From contig CAXXKJ010000002.1 in NCBI GenBank assembly GCA_963675295.2, positions 4,288,001 to 4,352,000 of the forward strand: a stretch of DNA of 64,000 nucleotides, given 5' to 3'. The notes below the pieces were generated by a model. It ran no database searches, had not been told where the DNA came from, and saw nothing but the letters and a program-made list of their open reading frames with translations. Positions 52,401 through 61,610 of this stretch are shown here, piece after piece. Numbering within the stretch: position 1 is the first letter of the stretch; every line of letters begins with the position of its first letter. This DNA comes from a bacterium. Lineage in GTDB: Bacteria; Electryoneota; Electryoneia; Electryoneales; Electryoneaceae. Made by a program: the position numbers and the translations under genes.

Positions 52401-54659
52401 CTAGAAATCCTTGAACGGGTTCGGCCCGATCTCTTCGATTTCCTCGGCATAATCGTCGAGCATCTTCGTGATCTTGTCGTACTCGTCGATCGCGAGCGAC
52501 GTGACCTGCACACGTTCAGTTTCCAGCTGCATCTGCTGCAGTTTTTCCTGCACGTTGTCCATGCGGTATTCGGCCAGTTCCGAGCCGCGCACGAAGTGGC
52601 ACTGGTAATCATCGCCGTGCTTGCAGCCGATTAGCATGATGCCGTCGAAGCCGGCGTCCAGGCAGTTCGTCAGCCACACCGAGTTCACCGAACCGAGGCA
52701 GCGCACCGGAATGATGCGAACCCACGGGTTGAACTTCATGCGTTTCCGGGCCGCGGTTTCGAGGGCCGGCAACGCATCGTTTTCGCAAACGAATGCGACC
52801 AGGCGCGGTTTCTCCTCTTCTTCTTCCGGAACTTCGACGGCCTTGATCATCGCATTACCCATCGGCACGCTGTAGTTCTGGAAGTTGATGATGCGTTCCG
52901 GGCATGCGCCCATGCACGTACCGCAACGGCGGCAGCGTGCGAGGTTCGGCTTCGGTGTTCCCTTTTCGTCCTCGTCCAACGCACCGAACGGGCAGTCTTC
53001 CGTACAGCGTTTACACTGCGTGCAACGTTGCAGGAAGAAGTCCGGGAAGCTGAGGTCACGGCTGCGCGGATGCAGTGCCTGGCCCTTTTCGACCATCTCG
53101 AGTGCTTGCACGGCCTTCAGAGAGGCACCGTTCGCATCCATCCGTGCCTGCGCGGTGTCCATCGGCGCGCGCACGGTCCCGGCGGCGAAAATCGCCGTAC
53201 GCCGGGTTTCGTACGGGAAGCAGATGAAGTGACTGTCCGGGAAACCGTACTTCAGCGTCGGCAGGTCGGTACCCTGGCGGTAGCTCAGGTTCAGAATCTT
53301 CGCACCGGCTTCCGCTCCGGCGGCGGCTTTCTTGCCACCGAGCCCGTCATCTTCGTCCTCGACCGGTGAATCCGGCTTACCCTCTTCCATCAGATCCTCA
53401 GCGAAGATGCCGTCTTCGACGCGTGTCGTCGGGACCATACCGGTCGCGAGTACCAGCATGTCGGCTTCGACGCTGATCTTGTCTCCGAGCAGAGTTTCGT
53501 CGAGATCGATGGCCAGCTTGCCACCTTTTTCGTCGACGTTGACCACTTCGCCCTTGGTGAAGAAAAAGCCCGGATCGTCCTGAGCCTTCTGGTAGAAGAG
53601 CTCATACTGGGCCGGGGAACGGATATCCTTGTAAAGGATGTAGACCTTGGTGTCCGGATACATCTCGCGGATCTGCATCGCGTGCTTCAGGCTCGCGCGG
53701 CAGCAAACCGTCGAACAATACGGCAGGTGGTCCTTGTCACGCGACCCGGCGCACTGGATGAACGCGATCGAGTCCGGCGCGGAACCGTCCGCCTTGATCA
53801 CGGCGCCGTTGCTCAACATCTCTTCCATCTGGATGTTGGTGACAACGTTCTTCTTGCCATAGCCGAGATGCGGCAGGCGGGCGGGATTGTACGGCTTCCA
53901 CCCGGTCGCCTGGATCACCGATCCGACGATCAGGTCTTCCGGCGCGCCACCGTTCTGCAGGATCGTGGCAAACTGGCCCGGCTGGCCGGAAATCCGCTTG
54001 ACCTTCGTGTTCAACTTGACGTCGATCAGATCATGCGCGTTGACACGTTCGATCAGATCATTGATCGGGGAATCGGCGAGCTGATCGTACGGCGGGGCGG
54101 TCGGGAACGACTTGCTGAATTTCTTCGACCAGCCGCCGAGTGCCGCTTCCTTTTCCACCAGCGTCACTGGCACACCGGCATCCGCCGTGTTCAACGCGGA
54201 GCGCAGGCCGGCAACACCACCACCGACCACCAGCACCCGTTTTTCAACCGGTTCGAGGTTCGGTTCGGGGACGTGAATGTTCTTGCATCGCGCCGTGTAC
54301 ATGCGGAGATAGTCTTCCGCCAGCATCTGTGTGTCTTCATCGTTCGGCTCATGGGTCCAGACGACGAGTTCACGCAGCGCGACCTGGTCCACCAGCACAT
54401 TCGGGCCGAAATCAAACAGGCCGGGGAACGCGCGCGGGCTGCGGTCGAGCACAACGACGTGGCTCAAGCTGTTTTCTTCAACATCGGCACGGATCATATC
54501 CGCGCCTTCTGGTGTGGAGATGTTCGGCACGGCTTTGTACACCGCAGCCTTCATCTCCTTGGTCGCGACCTTCTCGAGGGCGTCCATGTCAAGCGCGGAC
54601 GTAATCTCCTCATCGGCCGCCACATACACACCAACCTTCAGTTCCGGGGTATCGGCCAT
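52401..54659 (-). CDS. qmoB: QmoB (HdrA-like flavoprotein with 4Fe-4S and C-terminal MvhD domain)
   Basis: GGGVAG, FIQCAGSRD..HLPYCS..CC, SHFICFPYETRRT, CTQCKRC, VRCLG...GC...DYQCHF. Confidence 0.93.
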   Translation of the reverse strand: MADTPELKVGVYVAADEEITSALDMDALEKVATKEMKAAVYKAVPNISTPEGADMIRADVEENSLSHVVVLDRSPRAFPGLFDFGPNVLVDQVALRELVVWTHEPNDEDTQMLAEDYLRMYTARCKNIHVPEPNLEPVEKRVLVVGGGVAGLRSALNTADAGVPVTLVEKEAALGGWSKKFSKSFPTAPPYDQLADSPINDLIERVNAHDLIDVKLNTKVKRISGQPGQFATILQNGGAPEDLIVGSVIQATGWKPYNPARLPHLGYGKKNVVTNIQMEEMLSNGAVIKADGSAPDSIAFIQCAGSRDKDHLPYCSTVCCRASLKHAMQIREMYPDTKVYILYKDIRSPAQYELFYQKAQDDPGFFFTKGEVVNVDEKGGKLAIDLDETLLGDKISVEADMLVLATGMVPTTRVEDGIFAEDLMEEGKPDSPVEDEDDGLGGKKAAAGAEAGAKILNLSYRQGTDLPTLKYGFPDSHFICFPYETRRTAIFAAGTVRAPMDTAQARMDANGASLKAVQALEMVEKGQALHPRSRDLSFPDFFLQRCTQCKRCTEDCPFGALDEDEKGTPKPNLARCRRCGTCMGACPERIINFQNYSVPMGNAMIKAVEVPEEEEEKPRLVAFVCENDALPALETAARKRMKFNPWVRIIPVRCLGSVNSVWLTNCLDAGFDGIMLIGCKHGDDYQCHFVRGSELAEYRMDNVQEKLQQMQLETERVQVTSLAIDEYDKITKMLDDYAEEIEEIGPNPFKDF

Positions 54660-54663
54660 GGGA

Positions 54664-55920
54664 TCAGGACCTCCTCGCCATCTGCAGCGCCTTCATCGCG
54701 GCGCCGGTCGCATCCTGCAACGTTTCCGCCACACCACACGGACGCACGGCCGTGCCGACGCCGTAGTGGGCGGACGCTTCGTCATCCTGGATGAAGAACC
54801 CATTCTCGTCCAGGTTCGCCTTGATCGGCAGCGGTTCGAGTGCAGCGGTCGGCTGCATGCCGGTGGCGAGCACGACGAGATCGACGGTCACATTTTCCGT
54901 GTCGCCGGTCAGGGTATTCTCCGCAGTGACCACCAGGCCGCCGCCGTTCTCCTCGACCTTCGCCACCTTGCCGCGATGCAAATTGATCTGCGGATCGTCC
55001 TGCCGAGCCTGGTAGAAATCTTCCAGACGGCCGGGAGTGCGCACGTCGATGTAGAACATGTGGATTTCAGCATCCGGCAGCTTGTCGCGCACATACGTCG
55101 CCTGCTTCAGGCTCGCCGCGCAGCAGATGCCGGAACAGAACGGAAGGTGGTTTTCGTCACGGCTGCCCGCGCACTGCACGAACGCGACTTTCTTCACCTC
55201 ACGGCCGGACGGGGCCTTCAGCTCGCCCTTCGTCGGACCGTTCGGCGCGCTCAAGCGCTCGAACATCACGTTGGTCAACACATCCGGCGATGTGCCGAAT
55301 CCGAGCAGGTCGAGGTTGGTCGGATCGTACGGCGTCCAACCGGTCGCCCACGCCATCGACTTGCCGGTGATCGTGATCGTCTCTTCCTTCTGGGTCAGAT
55401 CAATCCCGCCAGCCGGATCACCCTTCGCCCACTCTTCGAACTCGGCGTTTCCAATCGCGCGTTCGTCGACCATCCACTGTGCCGGGTAGGCGTTTTCCCA
55501 CGGGTAGAACAGCGCCTTGCGCTTCGCCATCCCGTAGTTGTATGGATCGTCAAAGTCGACCGGGCAGGATTCCGCCCACTCGGTATAGTCGAACGCCACC
55601 GGTTTCGTGTAGCGTGGGGTCAGCTTGATCGTCGCTTGAATGCTCGGTGCATCTCCCTCAACCTTTTCGATGTTGGCGAGGGTGAAGACGGTGACATTCG
55701 GGTTTCCACGGATCCTGCGGTAGTTGATCTCGAGGCCGCAGCTCGGTGGGCACAGCTTCGGGAAGTAGTGGTGGAAACGGGCAACGCGTCCTCCCAACGT
55801 CGGTTCCTTCTCGACGAGGGCGACTGTCAGCCCGGCTTCCGCCGCTTCGATGGCTGTGGTGATCCCGGCGACACCGCCACCGACCACGATGAGGTCAAAG
55901 GCGGTTTTGTCCTGGCTCAT
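54664..55920 (-). CDS. qmoA: QmoA (HdrA-like flavoprotein)
   Basis: YFPKLCPPSCGLEIN, FVQCAGSRDENHLPFCS, QDATGAAMKA; GGAGG RBS before ATG 55920. Confidence 0.93.
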   Translation of the reverse strand: MSQDKTAFDLIVVGGGVAGITTAIEAAEAGLTVALVEKEPTLGGRVARFHHYFPKLCPPSCGLEINYRRIRGNPNVTVFTLANIEKVEGDAPSIQATIKLTPRYTKPVAFDYTEWAESCPVDFDDPYNYGMAKRKALFYPWENAYPAQWMVDERAIGNAEFEEWAKGDPAGGIDLTQKEETITITGKSMAWATGWTPYDPTNLDLLGFGTSPDVLTNVMFERLSAPNGPTKGELKAPSGREVKKVAFVQCAGSRDENHLPFCSGICCAASLKQATYVRDKLPDAEIHMFYIDVRTPGRLEDFYQARQDDPQINLHRGKVAKVEENGGGLVVTAENTLTGDTENVTVDLVVLATGMQPTAALEPLPIKANLDENGFFIQDDEASAHYGVGTAVRPCGVAETLQDATGAAMKALQMARRS

Positions 55921-55951
55921 GTGCCATTCCTCCGGAAAGATGATGCCTTTA

Positions 55952-55969
55952 TCGTGAATCCTTTCACAC
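55952..55969. promoter_or_regulatory. Rex-like box upstream of qmoA (TCGTGAATCCTTTCACAC)
   Basis: GTGAA-N4-TTCAC core. Confidence 0.68.
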
Positions 55970-56215
55970 AATCCTTTGAAAAGAAAGGCTGTAAGGGTGC
56001 AAGCAGCCCTCAAAGCCAGCACACCGGCACACCATCAGGTGGCCGGCCGGCCGTTCGGATTGCGAACGTCTTTTCAATCGATCCCTGAACTATTTCAACG
56101 GTTCCGCGCCAGAAACCAGACTTCTCAGTAAAGATTCCGCGATTTCAAGGGGCGCGGACAGAGTGGGGACCACGTCGCATGGAAGGTAGACTCGAGCTCA
56201 CGGGTTAGTCAAACG

Positions 56216-56231
56216 GTTAAGGGGGACTAAC
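56216..56231. promoter_or_regulatory. Weak operator GTTAAG-GGGG-ACTAAC
   Basis: Variant of the recurrent palindrome between qmoA and the FG-GAP gene. Confidence 0.4.
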
Positions 56232-56483
56232 ACGGTGCAATTTCTTGATTTGCCTCGACGAGGCCACATGCAGCCTTGAGAATCTCTTGTTCCATCTTTT
56301 CACAAAGCCAAATTTGCCGAATCCTGCGGCGACTGTCAATTTGCCGCAGGCCTCTGGAGACGTCAAGCATGCAAGAAAAACAGGAATTGAATCAAAGTTG
56401 TTGCCTGAATCCATTCACGGTTCTACATACTGTCATACATGGCAAGATGTATCATGGTTACCATTGCACTGGGGGGAGTTATT

Positions 56484-57893
56484 ATGCGTCATCTCTTGTT
56501 ATCTACTGTCTTGTTCCTCATCTCCATCACCACCTTCGCTCAAGTTGAGTACGTTGAGATCACCATTTCCACCAACGCCGACGGTGTCCAGAACTTCACA
56601 ACCGGTGACATGGATGGCGATGGCGATCTCGATGTCGTCGCCGCAATCCGCATCGGCAACGCCATTCACTGGTACGAAAATACAGGGAACCTGCTGTCCT
56701 GGCCAACACACATCGTCGACACGCAATATGACGTAGCGGAGGTCGAAACGGTCGACATGGACGCGGACGGCGACCTTGACATTGTCTCCGCCGGAAACGG
56801 TTCGGAAAGCGTGTTCTGGTGGGAGAATGACGGCGGCGATACCTGGACTCAGCACGTCATTGCAGCTGACCTCGGTTTTCCGTTCGCCATCGAAGTTGTA
56901 GACGCTGACGGCGACGGCGATCAGGACGTCTACGTCGCCAGTGACGGCATCAACCGCCTGTCCTTCTGCGAGAACCTAGGCACATCCTGGAGCACGGTGT
57001 TCATTTACGACGGCTTCATCGAACGGGTGAACGGCATCAGCGCCGCCGACCTCGACAATGACGGCGATATCGACCTGGCATCCGCTCTGGAGTACGACGA
57101 GGAGTTTGTCTGGTGGGAGAAGCAGGATTCCACGTGGCTCGTCCACCAGCTGCACACCAACCTGCCTGGCCCGACCGAAGTGCACTGCGCGGACATGAAT
57201 GGTGACGGCGACCCGGATGTTCTCGGCCTGGTGTTCGGCAGCGGCGACCTGTATTATCATGAGAACGACGGAACCGGCGATTTCGATTCGGATTGGCTCG
57301 GCACTGGCTGGATTCCGAGTTCCGTCAACGCGGCGGACCTGGATGAGGACGGCGACCTTGATGTCCTCGCCACGTACAGCGGCGACGGTGACGTGTTGTG
57401 GTACGAGAACACCGGCACCGACTGGGTTCTGCACTACATTTCACCGCAATTGCAGAATGCGTACTGCCCGGTGGTCGTTGACCTGGACCAGGACGGTCAC
57501 CTCGATGTCCTCGCCGCCTCGCCAATTCATAACGAAATCCGTTACTTCCGTCAGGCCGCCGACCCGCAGTTTTCGGTTCAGCTTAACCCGACAACCCTCA
57601 CCTTGCCCCCCGGGGGTGGCAGGTTGATCTTTGACGCGATTTTCGGCAACAACACGGCTTCACCGCAAAACCTGCAGGCGTGGGCGGTCTTCATCCAGCT
57701 CGGAACCGGCGGCGCCCCGGCGCAGACACGAAACATCACCCTCGAGCCCGGTACGACGACGTACGAGGATGTCGCGCTGCAGGTCGGCCAGACGCAGCAC
57801 GATGGCGGGCTGGACGTGTTCGTTAACCTCGGCCAGCGTAGTCCGCGTGTGGTCGTCGCGGCGGACAGCTTCCGCGTCGAGCGAAGTCAGTAG
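56484..57893 (+). CDS. Secreted FG-GAP/VCBS repeat beta-propeller protein
   Basis: Seven D[M/L/A]DxDGDxD repeats with W[Y/W]EN; signal peptide; C-terminal Ig-like domain but no CTD. Confidence 0.88.
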   Translation: MRHLLLSTVLFLISITTFAQVEYVEITISTNADGVQNFTTGDMDGDGDLDVVAAIRIGNAIHWYENTGNLLSWPTHIVDTQYDVAEVETVDMDADGDLDIVSAGNGSESVFWWENDGGDTWTQHVIAADLGFPFAIEVVDADGDGDQDVYVASDGINRLSFCENLGTSWSTVFIYDGFIERVNGISAADLDNDGDIDLASALEYDEEFVWWEKQDSTWLVHQLHTNLPGPTEVHCADMNGDGDPDVLGLVFGSGDLYYHENDGTGDFDSDWLGTGWIPSSVNAADLDEDGDLDVLATYSGDGDVLWYENTGTDWVLHYISPQLQNAYCPVVVDLDQDGHLDVLAASPIHNEIRYFRQAADPQFSVQLNPTTLTLPPGGGRLIFDAIFGNNTASPQNLQAWAVFIQLGTGGAPAQTRNITLEPGTTTYEDVALQVGQTQHDGGLDVFVNLGQRSPRVVVAADSFRVERSQ

Positions 57894-57964
57894 TTGTCAG
57901 TTGTCTGTGGTTCGTGATCCGCGGTCTGTGGTCTGTAGACTGTTGACTGTAGACTGCGGACTGG

Positions 57965-58013
57965 GGACTCAGGACTCAGGACTCAGGACTCAGGACTCAG
58001 GACTCAGGACTCA
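57965..58013. repeat. Heptamer microsatellite (GGACTCA)x7
   Basis: Read directly from sequence. Confidence 0.95.
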
Positions 58014-58020
58014 GGAAAAT

Positions 58021-58049
58021 GTGCCCCTGATGGCTCCGCCAGCAGCGAT
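58021..58049. repeat. REP-like hairpin GTGCCCCTGATGGCTCCGCCAGCAG (copies at about 3903 and 61671)
   Basis: Three near-identical intergenic copies. Confidence 0.85.
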
Positions 58050-58267
58050 CATCCGCACCATATACCCCTGTCCCCCGATACGCGTGTAAGCCCTCGGGCT
58101 TCAGACCGGGATTGCCAACCGGTCAAGCACCCACCGCCCCCACGCCCTCGGGCTTCAGTCCGGGATACGGTTCCCACAGACCCCATCCGAGAGACAATCC
58201 CCCTGGAAGCGAGGGACGAGTGGCGAGCTAACGAGAGACGAGGGACCAGAGACGAGCGACTGCCGTC

Positions 58268-58942
58268 CTACCGCCCCACCAGCAGCCGTTCGGCCAGGAA
58301 CGGTGGCAGGCCTTCGATGATGATCGCATCTTTCGCGGCGTGGACGTCGTACTCGACGCGCATCAGCTTGCGTTCGCCGGACTCGCTGTCGAACAGTGTC
58401 CATGCGGCGCGTGGGTCGCCGTCGCGCGGTTGCCCGGCGGAGCCGACGTTGATGATGCGGCCGTTGCGGGTCATGTAGTCGAAGGGGACGTGCGTATGCC
58501 CGACGAAGACGGTGCCGGCCAGGGCGGCCTGCATCGCCATCTGGGCGTCATCCTTGGAGAAGATGTAGTACCAGCGGGCGGGTTCGACGGGGCTGGCGTG
58601 GACAAACTGCACCTCACCGTCCACTTTCACCAGCGGTTGCGACTGCAGCCACTTGATGTTATCGGTGGTCAGTTGGTCACGGGTCCACATCACGGCGCGG
58701 TGCGCGAACTCGTTGAAGAAGGAAACGTCGGTCAGGCCGACCGCGGCGTGGTCATGGTTGCCGGCGATGACGATATCGCAGGCTTCACGGACCTTGTCGA
58801 CCACCGGATTCGGGAACGCGCCATAGCCGACGAGATCCCCGAGACAGACGACTTTGTCCGGGTTGTGGCTGGCGATGTCGTCGAGCACACGATTCAGCGC
58901 GTGCAGGTTGGCGTGTACATCGGAGAAGATCGCGTACTTCAC
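58268..58942 (-). CDS. Metallophosphoesterase (calcineurin-like, YfcE family)
   Basis: SDVHAN, GDLVGYG, GNHD, GHTH, NVGSAGQPRDG. Confidence 0.92.
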   Translation of the reverse strand: MKYAIFSDVHANLHALNRVLDDIASHNPDKVVCLGDLVGYGAFPNPVVDKVREACDIVIAGNHDHAAVGLTDVSFFNEFAHRAVMWTRDQLTTDNIKWLQSQPLVKVDGEVQFVHASPVEPARWYYIFSKDDAQMAMQAALAGTVFVGHTHVPFDYMTRNGRIINVGSAGQPRDGDPRAAWTLFDSESGERKLMRVEYDVHAAKDAIIIEGLPPFLAERLLVGR

Positions 58943-59493
58943 CGTTTTCCACCCCCCCTGTTGTTTCCGTTCTGCTTTTTCGCTGCCGGGCCGGGACCAT
59001 TCGGCTTCTTGTGCGGCGCATTGTGCTTCGGCTTGTGTGGGGCGGCTTTCGCGGCCTCACTTTTCTTCTTGCCGAGGATCTCCTGCTCATGCTCGAGGTA
59101 GATCGCGTCGAGCAGGCCGTTGATGAACCGTCCCGACTGATCGGTGCTGAAATCCTTGCCGAGTTCGATCGCTTCATTGATCGTCACTTTCGGCGGGATG
59201 TCGGGCATGTGGTACAGTTCGCACAGCGCCATGCGCAGGATGATATGGTCGATCAGAGCGATGCGGTCGATGTTCCAGCGTTCGGATTTCGAACCGATCA
59301 GCTCGTCCATGCGATTACGGTAACGATGGGTGGTGTGTACAAGGGTCCGCACGAATTCCCGGTGACGCTCTTCTCCGTTTTCCATCATCCGGAGAGCGTC
59401 CTCGGGGTCCTGCTGCGTGAGCTCGACGGCGTAGAGCACCTGCAGCGCGACCATGCGCGCGTCCTTGCGTGTTTTCGGACCGGGGATGTCCAT
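58939..59493 (-). CDS. nusB: Transcription antitermination factor NusB
   Basis: ARMVALQVLY, ILRMALCEL, KVTINEAIELGKDF, FINGLLD. Confidence 0.95.
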   Translation of the reverse strand: MDIPGPKTRKDARMVALQVLYAVELTQQDPEDALRMMENGEERHREFVRTLVHTTHRYRNRMDELIGSKSERWNIDRIALIDHIILRMALCELYHMPDIPPKVTINEAIELGKDFSTDQSGRFINGLLDAIYLEHEQEILGKKKSEAAKAAPHKPKHNAPHKKPNGPGPAAKKQNGNNRGGGKR

Positions 59494-59840
59494 CAGGCGT
59501 CTCGACAAAGCGGTTCAGTGGCGGCACGTTCGATAGCCTGTGTGTGAAAGAACGAGCCATTCATGAACCTAAGATAGAAAAAAAGGAGGGGGTTGTCACC
59601 GGGAGCCGGGTATTCGTGCAAAAATTGGGTGAATGGTAATCCACCTGCGCCGTCTTGGTGTCATCAAGCGAACTCGACCATGCACCCCACGCTCCGCTAC
59701 CTTACTGAGTAGATGCTCTCGGGCTTCAGCCCGGGCTGGTCCACCCTCGACCCATTCTGAGATAGGTCCGCCCCACACGTTGCTTTCCACCGTGCTGGAT
59801 TGACAGATTATATCAACACTCGAAACCCGAGACCGGACGA

Positions 59841-61610
59841 ATGAAACGCATGGGCCCATCGTTCAACTTCCACCGGCCAAAGCTGCTCGCGGTCAAGCTC
59901 ATACTGTTTGTAATGCTGCTGCTATCATCCTCCGCCCTCGCCCAATGGTCTTCTGAGGGTGTTCTGCTGGTAGATCGAGGTCCGTTGTCAGGGGACATGT
60001 GTCCGGACGGTCAAGGTGGACTGTGGTATGCTCAGCTTGCTACGGATCCTGTTGTTCAGCAGGTTGTTGTCCAGCATCTCGACAGCGAGGGATACCGGTC
60101 CTTTGATTTGCAGGGGATTCCCGTGGCGCGGGATTCGACGCACTACCTGTGTGGAATTCAGCCTGGTCCGGATGGTGATTGCATTGTCATGTACTCGCGT
60201 GGCTACCTTGACAACCAGGAAGTGATCTGGGACATCTATGCGCAACGGATCACCCAGCAGGGCGAACTCTTGTGGGGTGAGTTGGGCCTGGATATCAGCA
60301 CTCATAGCCACACCTACAAAATGCCGATGAGCTTCCTCGGCCATTGGACACTTTCCGATGGCGCTGGTGGATTGTGGGGAATCTGGAGATTGGGTATTGG
60401 TAACTATGACGCCTTCGTGTGTGGTGTCAACGCCGATGGCACACTGAAGTGTCCGGACGGCGATCTCCATGTTGGATTCGCTACCAACAATCAACTACCC
60501 TGTGAGTTTGTTGACGATGGCGCGGGGGGCATGGTCGTCCTTTACGGTACAGATGCTGACGGCTACTGGGGAGTTCGGCACATTTATGCCCAGCGAATCC
60601 TTGCTGATGGATCCACGTTGTATGATGACGCGTTGCTGGTAATGGACAAACCTCTGGGTAATGCTGATGTCTATGGCAATTGGCACGACATCTATCTTCG
60701 CCGTGATCCCCAAGGTGGGTATGTGATCACCACACCGATCTATTGGCAGCGGCTTTCTGATGATCTCGTTCCGCAATGGGCGATCGAAGGTGTTGAGGTA
60801 TATAATACCTGGGAGCCAACCTGGCACTATCGTGGTGATCAATCCAGCCCAGTAATCCTTGCGGATCGCACTGTACAACAACTCTGCCTTGACAGCCGTC
60901 ATGCGCGTCCACGCTTTGAACAACTGCTGCTTGATGGCACACGCCGTCACGGGACAGACTGGGGGCCTGCCGCAGGTGACAGTACCGTCGAACAATACTC
61001 ACCGGGACCGGATTTGCTCTCTCCTGATGGTGAATCGGTCATTTGCTATTACAAAGGCGCTATTGGTTTCGAGGATTATCAAGAATTCCTGGTTCAACGG
61101 ATCACACCGGATGGTGATAATATCTGGCCCCAAATCACAGTTCTTGGTGTTGATAGTTTTTCTTACGGAGTTAAGGAGTATGCTGGTTTCTATCTCGATG
61201 ATGAAAGTGTTGCATATGTAGCTGGTAGTGTTGATCCCTATCGTAATTTCGCGTTCAAAGTCTATATTGACGATGGTTCCGTAGCTGGTGATAATGATGT
61301 AGCATCTTCGCCAGCAACCGCCATTCTCCCTTCAGATTCACCTGTCCTGATTACGAATACCTACCCGAATCCGTTCAACAGCAGCATCGCTCTGACGATC
61401 TCGGTTCGCGATCCAGGTGTTTACGACCTCATCGTCCGCAATGTATTGGGACAGACACTCCACCGGGAAGCTATGGACATCCACGCGCCCGGCGAATTTG
61501 TTCAGACCCTGACCATGCCGGAGGGTAGCGCGTCGGGGATTTACTTCCTCACGTTGCAGCACGCGGATGGTCACAACCTGAGCCAGAAGAAGGTCGTGTA
61601 TTTGCGGTGA
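59841..61610 (+). CDS. Secreted repeat (DGxGG...DIYAQRI) protein with T9SS-type CTD
   Basis: Signal peptide, repeated DG.GG / YAQRI motifs, YPNPFNS...ASGIYF CTD. Confidence 0.82.
   Translation: MKRMGPSFNFHRPKLLAVKLILFVMLLLSSSALAQWSSEGVLLVDRGPLSGDMCPDGQGGLWYAQLATDPVVQQVVVQHLDSEGYRSFDLQGIPVARDSTHYLCGIQPGPDGDCIVMYSRGYLDNQEVIWDIYAQRITQQGELLWGELGLDISTHSHTYKMPMSFLGHWTLSDGAGGLWGIWRLGIGNYDAFVCGVNADGTLKCPDGDLHVGFATNNQLPCEFVDDGAGGMVVLYGTDADGYWGVRHIYAQRILADGSTLYDDALLVMDKPLGNADVYGNWHDIYLRRDPQGGYVITTPIYWQRLSDDLVPQWAIEGVEVYNTWEPTWHYRGDQSSPVILADRTVQQLCLDSRHARPRFEQLLLDGTRRHGTDWGPAAGDSTVEQYSPGPDLLSPDGESVICYYKGAIGFEDYQEFLVQRITPDGDNIWPQITVLGVDSFSYGVKEYAGFYLDDESVAYVAGSVDPYRNFAFKVYIDDGSVAGDNDVASSPATAILPSDSPVLITNTYPNPFNSSIALTISVRDPGVYDLIVRNVLGQTLHREAMDIHAPGEFVQTLTMPEGSASGIYFLTLQHADGHNLSQKKVVYLR

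Noticed and set aside
52401-55920. Selenocysteine in HdrA-like QmoA/QmoB
   Set aside because: Both frames are uninterrupted and the motif positions are Cys codons
57891-57920. TAG read-through adding a CTD to the FG-GAP protein
   Set aside because: Downstream frame hits TGA within 8 codons and is microsatellite sequence
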